Source of the DNA: the human T2T-CHM13v2.0 reference genome, Homo sapiens
Length of the DNA: 64,000 nt
Direction: 5' to 3' (one strand)
Assembly: GCF_009914755.1 (NCBI RefSeq)
Contig: NC_060931.1
The notes beneath the pieces are model-generated. The model saw nothing but the letters and a program-made list of their open reading frames with translations. It made no database searches and was not told where the DNA came from. This document shows, piece after piece, positions 1-13,285 of the stretch; the stretch's first letter is position 1, and each line of letters starts with the position of its first letter. The position numbers and the translations under genes are program-made.

Positions 1-749
1 TTGCTGGTTGTCATATTGCTACTGCTATCCTGAGGCCATTGTATTTATATCATAACATAAGTTAAATTACTATGTTGGTGTCATTGAGAACTGAGATTAT
101 CAGCTTGGTTGAAAGGAGATACAGATGCATGCAGTTAAGTAACAATTCTGTAGTAATCCTGAATCTGAGTGGGAAGTATACTAAGAACTCATGGTGTGTA
201 TTATCTTTCAATACAAAAGAATACATATTCACTGCTCTGTTCACCAAAAAGACCTGGGAACGGTGACCAATTCAATAGCAATGACATTCCTGATGCCCAG
301 AATGTGCTCCCCAAATACAGCTTCCACTCAAGGAAACCAGGGATCCCAGAAGAAATTACTGATTCTAAGCGCGGAGCAGGAAATTTATAAAATAAACTGA
401 GATTATTTTATTATAACAAGCAAAGATGCTACCAAACACTACAAAGTTTTTGTCAAAGGACTTGGAAACCAAGTTGAGTAAGCTTCTGTTGGCCCAGACA
501 ACATCAATAAGAGTAATAGATTAATGAGTTCCTAACAATACTGAAGAAAACAAACAAATAAAAAACCTCTTTGGCCACCTATGGAGAATACTAGGTAAAC
601 AAACTCATTATTTTGAAAACCAGTGAGTAAATGAAAGAATAAAACATGTAGTCTGTCTTTTCTATATGAATTGTATTTCAGGGTTACTAAATCATTGATG
701 AGGGGACTTTTTCTTTACAGAATTCCAGCTAATATAGGAATAAAAAATG

Positions 750-1072
750 GGCCGGGGACTGTGGCTCACACCTGTGATCCCAGCACTTTGGGAGGCTGAG
801 GCGGGTGGATCACGAGGTCAGAAGATCGAGACCATCCTGCCCAACATAGTGAATGCTTATCTTTACTAAAAATACAAAAATTAGCTGGGCGTGGTGGGGT
901 CTGCCTATAATCTCAGCTGCTAGGGAGGCTCGGGAGGCTGAGTCAGGAGAATCACTTGAACCAGGGATTCAGAGGTTGTAGTGAACCGAGATCGTGCCAC
1001 TGCACTCCAACCTGGTGACAGAGTGAGACTCCATCTCAAAAAAAAAAAAAAAAGAAAGAAAGAAAGAAAGAA
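750..1072 (+). mobile_element. AluS (Sc-like)
   Basis: Dimeric Alu with A/AAAG tail. Confidence 0.95.
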
Positions 1073-1586
1073 ATGACAGAATTTGAAAATCACCATTTTG
1101 CAAACACCATAATCTAGGCAATGATTATTGCTGATAATATTGTAAAAATAGAAACAACCTTTTTCATAATTACAGAATACACAATACCACCTTTGAAGTA
1201 GGCTTACACTCAAAATTGAATCTGAATCTTATCAATCCTCCAGATCTCTGAATTTAGAAGATACAGATGCAAAACATTAAATAACACCACAGGGATGCAA
1301 TCAACCAAACCCAGACCGCTGGCATATCTACGGGACACCTGATTTAGTTTCTGCAACAAAACCAAAAATTTTTCCTCAAGGGCAAATTGGAAGTGGAAAC
1401 AATGTATTAAAAAAAAAAAAACAGAACAAAACAAAACTTGGGACATTTCAGTGGATCTTAAAATATGGATCTTACATAGATCTTGATTCAAACAAGCAAC
1501 CAGGTGAAAAACTTTACAAGGCTACCAGGGAAATGCAAATACTAACTGTATATTTGATGATATTCATGCAGTACTATTTTTAGTAA

Positions 1587-1877
1587 TTTTTTTTTTTTGA
1601 AATGTAGTCTCTCTCTGTTGACCACACTAGAGTGCAGTGGCACCATCTCGGCTCACTGCAACCTCCACCTTCCAGTTCAAGCAATTCTCCTGCCTTAGCC
1701 TTCCGAGCAGCTGGGATTACAGGTGCCCGCCACTACAACTGGCTAATTTTTGTATTTTTAGTAGAGATGGGGTTTCACCATGTTGGCCAGGCTGGTCTCG
1801 AACTCCTGACCTCGTGATCCACCCGCCTCAGCCTCCCAAAGTGCTGGGATTACAGGTGTGAGGCACTGTGTCTGGCC
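1587..1877 (-). mobile_element. AluS (Sg-like)
   Basis: Reverse-complement Alu with leading poly(T). Confidence 0.95.
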
Positions 1878-4244
1878 AATAATTGTTATGATCACTTTAA
1901 ATGGTGTTACCTTTTAGGGATGCATATTGAAATACAGAACAAATTATATGATATTAGGGATTTGCTTCAAAATAAGCAGTTGGGAATGGGAGAGCTTGTG
2001 AATGTAGGTGACTAACATTGGTCATGATTGCTAATTATTGAAGCTGGATGATTGATATTAGTCTCTCTATCTCTGAATATGTTTAAAATTTTCTATAATA
2101 AAGAACCTTTAAAAGGCAGAAAAAGCAATTAGTAATAATGGCTAATACTTCAGAGAAGAAACATCAGGACGGGAATATGTCCATTGTATTTAGCAACTCA
2201 GAAGCCACTAGTGTCCATGGCAAAAGCAGTGTCTTTGGAGTTTGTTGAGGGTGGGACAAAAAATTACAATACGTTAAAGAATGAGTGGAAAGCAAGAAAG
2301 CATTAAAATCAAGATGTTTTCTTTCCTTTTTTTTTTTCTTCTTGAGATTAGAGAGAGCTCAAGGATGTTGCTGCTGTGGAAGAGCCTGTGAAGGAGAGTA
2401 GAAAATCTGTAAGTGTAAGGTAGAGAAAGGGCCGTGAAAATGTTGCCACAAATGAATTCATAGCATGGACAGGGAAGTGAATTTTAAATCTGAGCAGCAA
2501 CATCTCTTCTGTTGTAACAGAAGAGCAGGTAAGGATGGGATCATGTGTGTGTCCGTGTGTAGAGTTAGTGAAGGAAAGCAGAGCAAACTCTCCTGTGATG
2601 GCTATTTTCTTAATGCTGTAGGGGGTTAAATACTCTGCTGAGTGGGAAGTGGAGCTACTGAAGGGAGCAGATTTCAGCTGATCACAGAGGAGAATAGGAA
2701 GAGCTGATTAGGGAATGAAAGATGGACTGTGGTCAGTGTGGTGGGTCCAGTTGCGGTCAGAAACCAGAATGTTTTAGCAGCTTCAATCTTCAGGACTGAT
2801 TTCCTCCAAGAAAGGGCAGCAGTGGAAATATGGGAATGAATGAAGGGCAAAGTTAGATGGATGTGGGCAGGAGCCTTACCAGAGTGTGATGGAGGGGCAA
2901 TAGAGCAAGGAATTGGGAGATATGGACAAGAAAGCTTCTGATGTTATAGGCTAAGGATGCTAAGCTGGAGCAGAAAGGAAATAAAAACAGACAGGAGAAA
3001 GTAAAGAGAGCAAAGGATTGGATGCCCCTATAAGATCAAAGAACAAGGATGAAGGAAGTAATTGAATAAGAGAATTAGTAACATAAGATATTACTGTTAG
3101 AAAGTGAGATGTTTGGATTTAGTATTTCACAACTGAAATCATTCCAAGTGATTTTTTTAAAAAGTCAAGGATGTGGTCATGTGTATAGCTGAAGTCTAGT
3201 GAGGGTGGAATTCACTGCAAATGAGGACGTCACAAAAGGTCAAGGTGCTGGTGTGTTGTGGGCTTTGGAGTGGGCCAGAAAATAGCTAGACTGGGATGGA
3301 AAAGGAAACAGCGATCACAGTACCAAAGTCCTCAGTGAATTAGGAGGAGACATCAAAAGAGGTAGAGAATGATACAGCCAGATGGCCTGAGCTTAAAAGA
3401 AATAGGACTTTTTACTGGAGGCCTAAGAAGCGGTAAAATAGCCCTGAAGAGCAAGTGAGAAGCTGACCCTCTCACTATCTTGAAATAGAATACATGATAA
3501 TGAACAGCTTCTACATGAGGAAATGGCAGAAGAGGTGGTGAGGTTAGGGCAGAGCTAGGATTCCACTGAGGCAGGCAGGAGAAGTAGCTTCCCATGAGAA
3601 GGCTGAGGTTGGAGGCAAAGGCATGTATCATGGAATAAGAGATGTGGGGCAGGGGAACTGTAGGAACATCGGGAAAGAAGAGTGCAGTGAGTGATTTGTT
3701 CCGGTGAAATAAGTACTAATAGAGATTTCTAGAAAATGCTCTGAGACCCCACTGGGAATGGGAAGGGGAGACGGAATAAAAGGGGCCAAGGATTCAGAAG
3801 AGGATGCTAATCGTTACATATTCTAGCACAATGAGGTTAGCATGAAGGGAGAGGGAATTAAAACACATTACATTGCCCTCCCTCTACTCCCACAGCACCT
3901 CCTGCCGCACCACGTTTCATCATTAACCACTGTCAGGGAAGACCACATTGAAGCAGAAACTTTGTCGGAGTGGTTTACCTGGCAAACAGAGAACCAGGCT
4001 GCATTCCAGGCAGCTGAGTCAACAAATGTCCAAGCAGCCATTTTCATCCAAATGGCTGGAAGGTTGGGATCCATTTAGGGAATGAGGCTGGAAAGATAGG
4101 TCTATACTTGATTGTGTTGATTTATTTTTATTTTCTAGGTGGTGACAAGTCATTTTAGGAGAGAATTAATCAAAATTTGATTTTAAGGAGTTTGCTTTGG
4201 AATACTGTGGAAGATGAATTTGTGTGGGGAGCCAAGATCAACAT

Positions 4245-4480
4245 TTATCGAGGTCATACTATGTACTAGGCATTGTGCTAAATATTTGAAATACATTAGT
4301 TCATTAAATGCTCACAATAAACCTGTGAGTAGATGTTAGTATCCCATTTTATATAAGAGGAAATAGGCACAAGAGAGCGTAAATAACTTGCCTGATGTTC
4401 TTAGTGAATAAGTGGGGAAACTGGGATTCAAATTCAGATTTGGGTGACCCCAAAGACTGTGTTCTTTTCCACACCATCGT
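4245..4480 (-). mobile_element. MIR SINE
   Basis: Core cccattttatataagaggaaataggcac..aaataacttgcc. Confidence 0.75.
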
Positions 4481-4810
4481 GTTAAGCCTGGAGACAAGAA
4501 GCCCAGTTGTAAGTCTGGTTTGGTCATCCAGGTGAGAGCCAGAATTTAGGCAGTGAGCTTGTGGAGGAGAACACCAATCTGAGAAATAAAATCAACCAGA
4601 TGCAGTGACCAGCAGACCTGATTTGAGAGGGGAGTCAGTGATGATTCTGATATTTCTGTCGTTAGCATCTGAGTGAAGAATGGTGGTGCCAGTGACTGAG
4701 ACAGGACATGCAAGGGGAGGAGTGGGCTTGGGTTAGAGGTAGGAAATCAGTGGTCTGGGCATGCTTAGACTGAGGTGTCTGGAAATTCCCACAATGTAAT
4801 TGAAGATATT

Positions 4811-5170
4811 TGTCTTAGTCCATTCAGGGTTCTATAACAAAACAACTTAGAGTGGGTAACTTATAAACAATAGTCTTTATTGCTCACAGTTCTGGAGGCT
4901 GATATGTCCAAGATCAAGGTGCCAGTAGATTTGGTGTCTGGTGAGTGCTCACTGCCTCATAGATGGTGCTTTCTTCTTGCATCCTCACATGGAAGAAGGG
5001 GCTAACAGGCTCCTTGAAGCCTCTTTTATAAGGATACTAATCCCATTCATGAGGGTGGAGCCCTCATGACCTAATCATCTCCTAAAGTTCCCACCTTTTA
5101 ATACTATCACAGTAGGGATCAAGTTTCAACATATGAATTTTGGAGGGACACAAATATTCAATTGACAGCG
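4811..5170 (-). mobile_element. MaLR solo LTR (MST/MLT1A-like)
   Basis: tgtcttagtccattc..ctcacagttctggaggct..catatgaattttggagggacac. Confidence 0.85.
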
Positions 5171-5679
5171 TAATACTGAAGCTCAGGGGCAAAGGATGAG
5201 TTAGAAATATAGATATGACAGTGATCCATCATTTATTCCAAAGGTGAACATTATAATAGAACATGAATTGAAGAGGCTATGAATGCAATCTTGGACCTGC
5301 TGATGCTGCAGGTGCTGAGGCGTGAGAACAGGATGCTCAATAAAGAATGTGATAAAGACTGTTAAACACCAGAGATATCAAGAAATACACAGATGGCAAG
5401 GCAAGAAGAGGGTCACGTGGACCTCAGTGAGAACACTTTTAGTGGAGCACTGGAGACAGATTGTGAGTGGTTGCAGAGTGAAAAGGGAAGACAGTAGACA
5501 CAGAAAATATAGACTAGTCTTTCAGACATGAGGCAGTGAACATAAGGAGATAGAGAGGCGACTAGCAGGGAAAGCCAGGCCAAGGAAGGATTTTATTATT
5601 ATACTCTCTGAGAGACCTGAGTATATTTGCGGCCTGAAGAGGAGCCAGTGAAAGGTGTATGGTTTAAAAAATGGAGGAA

Positions 5680-5770
5680 CAGAATTCACCGCTATATAAC
5701 TCATCCATGTAACAAAAAGCGACTTGAACTCCAAAAGCTATTGGAATAAAAATTAAATTAAAAGAAAAAA
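5680..5770 (+). mobile_element. Short L1PB-like 3' end
   Basis: tcaccgctatataactcatccatgtaacaaaa..aataaaaatt plus A tail. Confidence 0.6.
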
Positions 5771-6277
5771 CCAGAGGAAGATTATTTCAAGTGACCATGT
5801 CAGGTTTAGGATAGGGAGAAGAGGCAGGATATTGGCAAGACTAAAAAAAGGCTTACAAGTAAGTTTAGCTACATGGAAGTTGAGGGAGAAGGAGGAAAGA
5901 AGAGAAGGTCCCCCATTTCTTCGGTGGAGTCAGAGGCAGTTATCTGTTAACGATGATGGGAACTGGGATGTGGTAGGGAGAGGAAGGAGGATTAGACCAG
6001 GTCCTGTAAGAGATGGGACAGGGCCCTGAACTGCATAGATTTGAGGACCAGCTGGGGCTAAATATCACAGATGTATTTCATAGGTGATATCTAATTTAAA
6101 TTTTATGAGGTGATAAGAAGAGTGCCAAGAATTGTGTAAAATTGCCATTGTGGAATCTCTTACAGGAATCTCCTGAATCTGACATTCAAAGCTGTCCACA
6201 GTCTGTCCCCACCATTACTAGAGCAGGTGAACAGATCCAGGTTTGGGAGATGCACCACTTCTTTACAATTCTTCCAA

Positions 6278-6462
6278 GCCAGTGTTCTCAAAATGTGGCC
6301 CCAGATCAGAAGCAACAGCATTACCTGGGGCTTATTAGAGATGCAAACCGTCTGGGCCCCACCCCAGACCTTCTGTGTCAAAAACTCTGGGGATGGGAGC
6401 CAACAATCTGTGTTTTAGAAGCCTTCCAAGTAATCCAGATGTTGCTAAAATATAAAGAGCCA
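6278..6462. mobile_element. MER5A-like hAT-Charlie DNA transposon
   Basis: cagtgttctcaaaatgtgg..cagcattacctgggg..ttagagatgcaaa. Confidence 0.7.
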
Positions 6463-6847
6463 TGCCCTAAACCACCGTAAAGTTCTATTTCAAACATCCC
6501 ATCCTACAGAGCTGGTGGGGCAGTTCAGTTACATTGAGGGACCCTTCCTTTCTCCCAGGGTTGTGTTAGAGAACTGGGGATCTAGTTTAGGGTTCAGACA
6601 GGAGAATGAAAACTATTGTCCCACCTGCAACAAGGTTTCCTCATATAATGAATATGCTACATGTTCTGGCCAGAGGTTTGTACGGTGAATGTATTTGAAA
6701 CCCCAAATTAATTCTAACCCTTTATGTTGTCCTAAACAGTTACGCTTGAAACTTGACAATATGGGCTAATGGCTTTCTCCTCTTCTTAATCTCTATGAGC
6801 GTAAAATTTAAAGGAAGCAATCACATCTCTTAAAATTACTAATCACA

Positions 6848-7157
<310 letters not shown>

Positions 7158-7619
7158 TCACATTTTGCAGGACTATGGCTGAAAATAACCTTTATCTTAA
7201 TAAAAGAGGCAAAGTAAAAAAAATACTCTCTTGAAAATATTGGAAATGGAGTTTTTTGGCCTTTTTCCATCTTACTGACAATGAGAATTTTCATGGAAGT
7301 GTAGCGGAGACAAAGATATGAGATGGGTAATTATTGTAGTCCCTTTTGACAATAATGATTACCTTCATAATCTTTACTTTAAACTTATTGGGTAACTTGG
7401 AGTCATCTTATCATTTAAACAAGGCAAAGAAGTTTATAATAGAGTCTTAATAGGATTAGTGATAGCCTCACACTTCAGCTTGTAAATTAAATAACATAAG
7501 GAAAAATCCTCCAAATCGTAGAAAGAATTGGTGCTAAGAGACAACACTATGAAATAGAATGAAATCAAATTTTTTAAAAGTCTGCAATATAATACTTTGT
7601 TGATAAAATACAGTATAGT

Positions 7620-7920
7620 GGTGGGGCACAGTGGCTCACACCTGTAATCCCAGCACTTTGGGAAGCCGAGGTGAGCGGATCACCTGAGCTCAGGAGTCCG
7701 AGACCAGCCTGGGCAACATGGTGAAACCCCGTCCCTACTAACAATACAAAAAATTAGCCACGCATGATGGCTCATGCCTGTAGTACCAGCTACTCAGGAG
7801 GCTGAGGCAGGAGAATTGCTTGAACCTGGAGGGCACAGGTTGCAGTGAGCCGCTGCACTCCAGACTGGATGACAGAGAGAGACTCCATCTCAAAAAAAAC
7901 AAACAAACAAAAAAAAAAAA
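7620..7920 (+). mobile_element. Alu (S/J) with small right-arm deletion
   Basis: Dimeric Alu, TSD-like acagtatag on both sides. Confidence 0.93.
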
Positions 7921-9879
7921 CAGTATAGCTCAAAAAGATAACCAGAAAAGATCAAAAGCAAACAATTCGACAACAAGAAAATTTGGCAACAGAAATATGC
8001 ATTTTATACACTCTACTGCCCAAGAATTCACATGTCTAACATAATAATAAAATATTAAAAAAGGAAGTCTGTATTCGAGGGGGAATGTCATGCTGGAATT
8101 AGCACAGTGAGCAAAATGAATCTCACCCTGAAGCCTATAGAGAAGTCCATATGAATTCACTTTGCATAGCTAAATGATTGCCAGAGAGACAATAACACTT
8201 CACATACTGAAAGAGAGAAGTGATGATTTTAAAGATCCAAATTTAAAATGAAACTTCTCTACATGGGATCTTAGAAATACTGTAGTTAAATGAAAAAGCA
8301 TATTTAGAGAAAATGCAATCATTGTCAATTCTCTTCGTGATTTGAATAGTTAATATTTCCATTAATTTTATAGGGTTTTATTTAAACTTTCCATGAGGAT
8401 TGAACAGGTTGAGTTTTTGAAGTGGGACAAACATGATATTACATATTTTGGGGGTGCTAAGTTCCTAAACAATACCCTTTCCCATTCGGTTTATCTTGTG
8501 CCTTTTTCTACCAAACTGCAGTTTCACCCTCTACAGCCTGTATTTATCCCCATGATTGCCACTAGACCTGCTTCTTCAAAAGTTGCCCTGACCTGCTTTC
8601 TTGCCTGTTCCAGGGGTCATTTTTATCATTTTCCTTTTCTTTGATGACTTTGCTGCTTTAATAATGTTGATTAGTCCCTTGGAACATCCTTTTTTCAATG
8701 AGGCTGCTTTTAGAGGATAGTAAAAAAACTACATATTTTAGTCTGTCCATTATGATCCTTTAAAAAAAAGTACTAAAAATGCATTGCCTGAATAAATTCT
8801 GTTGAGTACCAACTCTTACCTTTTACTGTATCTTAGCACATTAAATTTCCTGTCCATCAAAACATGCTGGAGCTGATGCTCAGAAATAAAGTATGTACTC
8901 TTGGCTGGATTAAGACATTCATTATTCCACTCAGCTTGTCTGTTTGCTGAGGTTTTGGATAATTTTTTTTCCTGTGCTGCAGTTTAGTTTAGTGGCTAGA
9001 CAAGTTCTGAGTCTTTGGATTTTTTTATTAATGCATCCAGTTTGGAAAGTTTCAGTGGATTCCAGTTAAATTTTGGGTTAATATTTATTTTGGTCCTGGT
9101 ACAACTTCAGGGGGATTTAGGTTCATGATACTGTTCATGTATTTGCCAGGTCAGTCCCTTTCTTTAGACTTCAATGGGCTTATGTTTCTTCTATTTGTAT
9201 TAAATCTATCTTCTAAATCCTTTCTGCTCTCAACTTTTGGGTCTTAAAATTCAATTCCATTATGTCGACTGATCAGGTATATGGCCTAACTTAACCCATG
9301 TGTTTGTATTTGGTGTGGATTTTGGACACCACCCTGGGGTGCTGTCATCCAAGAACCTTTCGTGATACACATTTGATTGATGGAAATCACTGACTTCCCC
9401 TGAATATATCTTGACATTGTAGACATTGTACAATCTTTCCTAGCAGTTAACATGCATCTCAATCCTCTAATCTTTTAACAGTGACTCTGCTCTGAGAATA
9501 AAATTTTCTAAGTGACTGGAGAATTATGACTTTGCACAAATTAGAAAGATAATCTTTAATTTTCAAGCAACTACTGTGAAATCAATAAATATTACCTATT
9601 TCACTTTTACATCCTCTGATGGGGTTAAAATATAAGATGGCTGTCTTAGCTGATTGTTTTCCCTGTTAGCTACTAGAAAAGAATAATTTGAATTTTATGA
9701 ATAAAAGAGACAAGAAACATTTTTTCCTGAGGAAGAACATTTGTTATTCCTTTTTAAATATCTTCATTTAAATGATTATGTATTACAATAAATGTTAAGT
9801 ATGGGTATATTATAAATAATACAATGATTAAAAAATTTATCTCTTGAATCACAGTGAGTATGCAACTGGGACAGAATTG

Positions 9880-10020
9880 CCATCCTTTCCCTGTAAGACT
9901 GTGAGCTCCTTGAGAGTAAGTCCCTGTGTTTTTTGTCTGTATCCCATTACCTGGCATAGTGCTTGGGACCTGGTAGGCACTGAGTAAATCACTGAATTAA
10001 TACATGAATAAATAAATGCT
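9880..10020 (+). mobile_element. L2 3' end
   Basis: gactgtgagctccttgag..cctggcatagtgcttgg..gtaggcactgagtaaat. Confidence 0.65.
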
Positions 10021-10294
10021 GGTTTTTAAAAAGACGTACATTGAAAGCATACTATAGCAAATATTTAGTTAGCAGTAGTTTTGAGCAGTAAAATTCATAG
10101 CCATAATTTAGAAATATAATAATTAGAAACTGAGGTTAAGCTTTAAAAATCCTACTAGGAAATATTTAAGAAACCATAACATTGAAAAAAGAAAGCAGAA
10201 GTTTGAAGGAAATTTAGTTAGGTAAAGGGAGAAAGGAAAGGGCATTCAAGCAGAATGAACAGAGTATGGAAAAACACAGACACATGAGATAGTT

Positions 10295-10460
10295 AGTACT
10301 CTCTAGCTGTGTGAACCTAGAAAAGTTACTTAACCTCTCTGTGCTGCAGTTTAGTCATCTCTAAAATGGGGATTAAAATACCTCCTATTTCATGAAGTTC
10401 TTGTGAAGATTAAATGAGTGAATAGTTGTAAAGATGTTAAAACCATGCTAAGTATAGGGT
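10295..10460 (+). mobile_element. MIR SINE
   Basis: aagttacttaacctctctgtgctgcagttt..catctctaaaatgggg. Confidence 0.75.
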
Positions 10461-11850
10461 AAGAATATTAAAGATGTAGCAATAGTAATAATTACCACTA
10501 TTACTGTTGAATATTATGGTAATTGTTGCTGTTGTTATTTGGATGCTAAAGTGCTTTAGTAAGGCTGGAGCAGTGGGTACAAGGTGACTGGAACAGAATA
10601 ATGAAAGGACAGCTCTCGGGACAAAATGGGATCAGATGACAAAAGGCAAAAAGGCAGCCTTGTGATGCCATGCGATGGAGTGTAGACTTTCTTCTGAAGA
10701 TGACAAAGGTGACAGCTTATGTGAAAGTAGGGCCACATCACCTCTTGCCTGATGTCATGTAGACTGAAGGTGGGCAGTAAGGACATCTTACCTTCTCCTC
10801 AGTATTTTGAACAACAGTGATAGTGTAATGTCCGACCTCTGATGACTGCTCTATCAAATTACCAGCAGTATTTATGTTCCAGAGTAACCCCTGGATACAT
10901 CACATGCATCCCTCCTATCTCCACAGTAGTTGATTGGATTATGAATGCACACTCTCACAATTCCACCTCATAAAATGATAGCGACTTCATTGACTGGAGT
11001 ATTTACTTTTGCAATCCTTCATGAGGCTGCCCCGCCCAATTCACTACATCTAAGTTTTCAGACGAAGCCAATTATGATTACAATAGTCATAATAATAATT
11101 GTAGCTGCATTTAACTGAATAATCACATGTGACTGGCATTATGCCACTGATGTCACATAATTTTAAGTGTATTTCTGTAAATACATTGCCACACGACCTC
11201 ATCTGGAATGGATCACTGCAGAATTATCTCATCTGGCCTTTCTGCTAGCTTTATGTTTACTGGCTTCTATATTTTATCTTCAGTTTGGCTTTTCTTTTTA
11301 TCAACTTATAATTGTTTTTAAATTTGGGGGGCCAAATATATATTCCCTTCCTCATCCTTCTTGGTTCCAACAAACTCCTGTCACTAGCACTTCTAATCCT
11401 CACCCAAAACCCCATTAGTCTTTTCACACCTGCTCTCCAAAGTCCTGACTTCTTGAAAGGGATTTAAAAGTGGCAAGACAAAAAGACAGAGGTACTTTCA
11501 TTTGTCTTAGATCTCAGGAAAGTATGTGTAGGCATATCTAGGTATATTTTAATATTTCTTTTATGATATCTATGTATTTCTTTAACTTGTTTCACAATTT
11601 AGTGCATACTTACACTTTTTTTTAGAATAGGATATTGCTTTGTTCATCTTTATCCCGTGTCTCACATATGTTAGTTTCCTAGTATTACACACAATGTGGC
11701 ATGAGTAGAATTTGCCCATTAAAAATAATTACTACTTTATCAACATGGGACAAAAAATATTGGAAGATTATTCTCATTCTTCTGGTACTTTGTAAAGAAT
11801 AGATATAATAAGAATTTTGTAGTGGAAAAATATAATTAATTTTTTAAGCT

Positions 11851-13089
11851 TTCTTTTTTTATTATACTTCTGGGATACATGTGCAGAATATGCAGGTTTG
11901 TTACATAGGTGCCATAGGTTTGTTATATACACGTGCCATGGTGGTTTGCTGCACCCATCAACCCGTCATCTACATTAGATATTTCTCCTAATGCTATCCC
12001 TCCCCTAGCCCCTCACCCCGCAACAGGCCCTGGTGTGTGATGTTCCCCTTTCTGTGTCCATATGTTCTCATTGTTCAACTTCCACTTATGAGTGAGAACA
12101 TGCGGTGTTCGGTTTTCTGTTCCTATGTTAGTTTGCTGAGAATGATGGTTTCCAGCTTCATCCATGTCCCTGCAAAGGGCAGGAACTCATCCTGTTTTAT
12201 GGCTGCATAGTATTCCATGGTGTATATGTGCCACATTTTCTTTATACAGTCTATCGTTGATGGGCATTTGGGTTGGTTCCAAGTCTTTGCTATTGTGAAC
12301 GATGCTGCAATAAACATACATGTGCATGTGTCTTATAGTAGAATGATTTATAATCCTTTGGGTGTATACCCAGTAATGGGATTGCTGGGTCAAATGATAT
12401 TTCTGGTTCTAGATCCTTGAGGAATTGCCGCACTGTCTTCCACAATGGTTGAACTAATTTACACTCCCACCAACAATGTAAAAGCATTCTTATTTCTCCA
12501 CTTCCTCTCCAGCATCTGTTGTTTCCTGACTTTTTAATGATCTCCATTCTAACTGACAGTGAGGTTTTGATTTGCATTTCTCTAATGACCAGTGATGGTG
12601 AGCTTTTTTTCATGTTTGTTGGCCACATAAATGTCTTCTTTTGAGAAGTGTCTGTTCATATCCTTTGCCCACTTTTTGATGGGGTTGTTTTTTTCTTGTA
12701 AAATTGTTTAAGTTCCTTGTAGATTCTGGATATTAGCCCTTTGTCAGATGCATAGATTGCAAAAATTTTCTCCCATTCTGTAGGCTGCCTGTTCACTCTG
12801 ATGATAGTTTCTTTGGCTGTGCAGAAGTTCTTTAGTTGTATTAGATCTCATTTGTCAATTTTGGCTTTTGTTGCCATTGCTTTTGGTGTTTTAGTCATGA
12901 AGCCTTTGCCCATGCCTGTGTCCTGAATGGTATTGCCTAGGTTTTCCTCTAGGGTTTTTATGGTTTTAGGTCTTACGTTTAAATCTTTAATCCATCTTGA
13001 GTTGATTTCTGTATAAGGTGTAAGGAATGGGTCTAATTTCAGTTTTTTGCATATGGCTAGCTAGTTTTCCCAACTCCATTTATTAAATA
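11851..13089 (-). mobile_element. L1PA 3' fragment (ORF2 end plus 3' UTR)
   Basis: Minus-strand ORF2 peptides (TIAKTWNQPKCPS, HCWWECKLVQPLWK), G-rich 3' UTR and poly(T) at 11851-11860. Confidence 0.95.
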
Positions 13090-13285
13090 TGGACACAGGG
13101 AGGGGAACATCACACACTGGGGTCTGTCGGGGGCTTGGGGGTTAGAGGAGGGAGAGCATTAGGAGAAATACCTAATGTAGATGATGGGTTGGTGGGTGCA
13201 GCAAACAACCATGGCATGGGTATACCTATGTAACAAACCTGCATGTTCTGCATATGTATTCCAGAACTTAAAGTATAATAAAAAA
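13087..13285 (+). mobile_element. Inverted second copy of the same L1PA 3' end
   Basis: ggacacagggaggggaacatcacacac..agaacttaaagtataataaaaaa. Confidence 0.9.

Larger units (their letters stand above)
250..2105 (+). mobile_element. Old L1M (L1MC-like) 3' region, interrupted by two Alus
   Basis: Degenerate L1MC-type 3' UTR motifs (aaggaaaccaggg.., ending gtttaaaattttctataataaa). Confidence 0.55.
2150..5660. mobile_element. Degraded L2 fragments, purine-rich, with nested MIR and MaLR insertions
   Basis: L2-like phrases (tgtccattgtatttagcaac, gtcagtgatgattctga, gtgacctcagtgagaaca); boundaries uncertain. Confidence 0.45.

Noticed and set aside
12123-12628. ORFs with protein-like sequence
   Set aside because: Fragments of L1 ORF2 C-terminus in a truncated, frameshifted element
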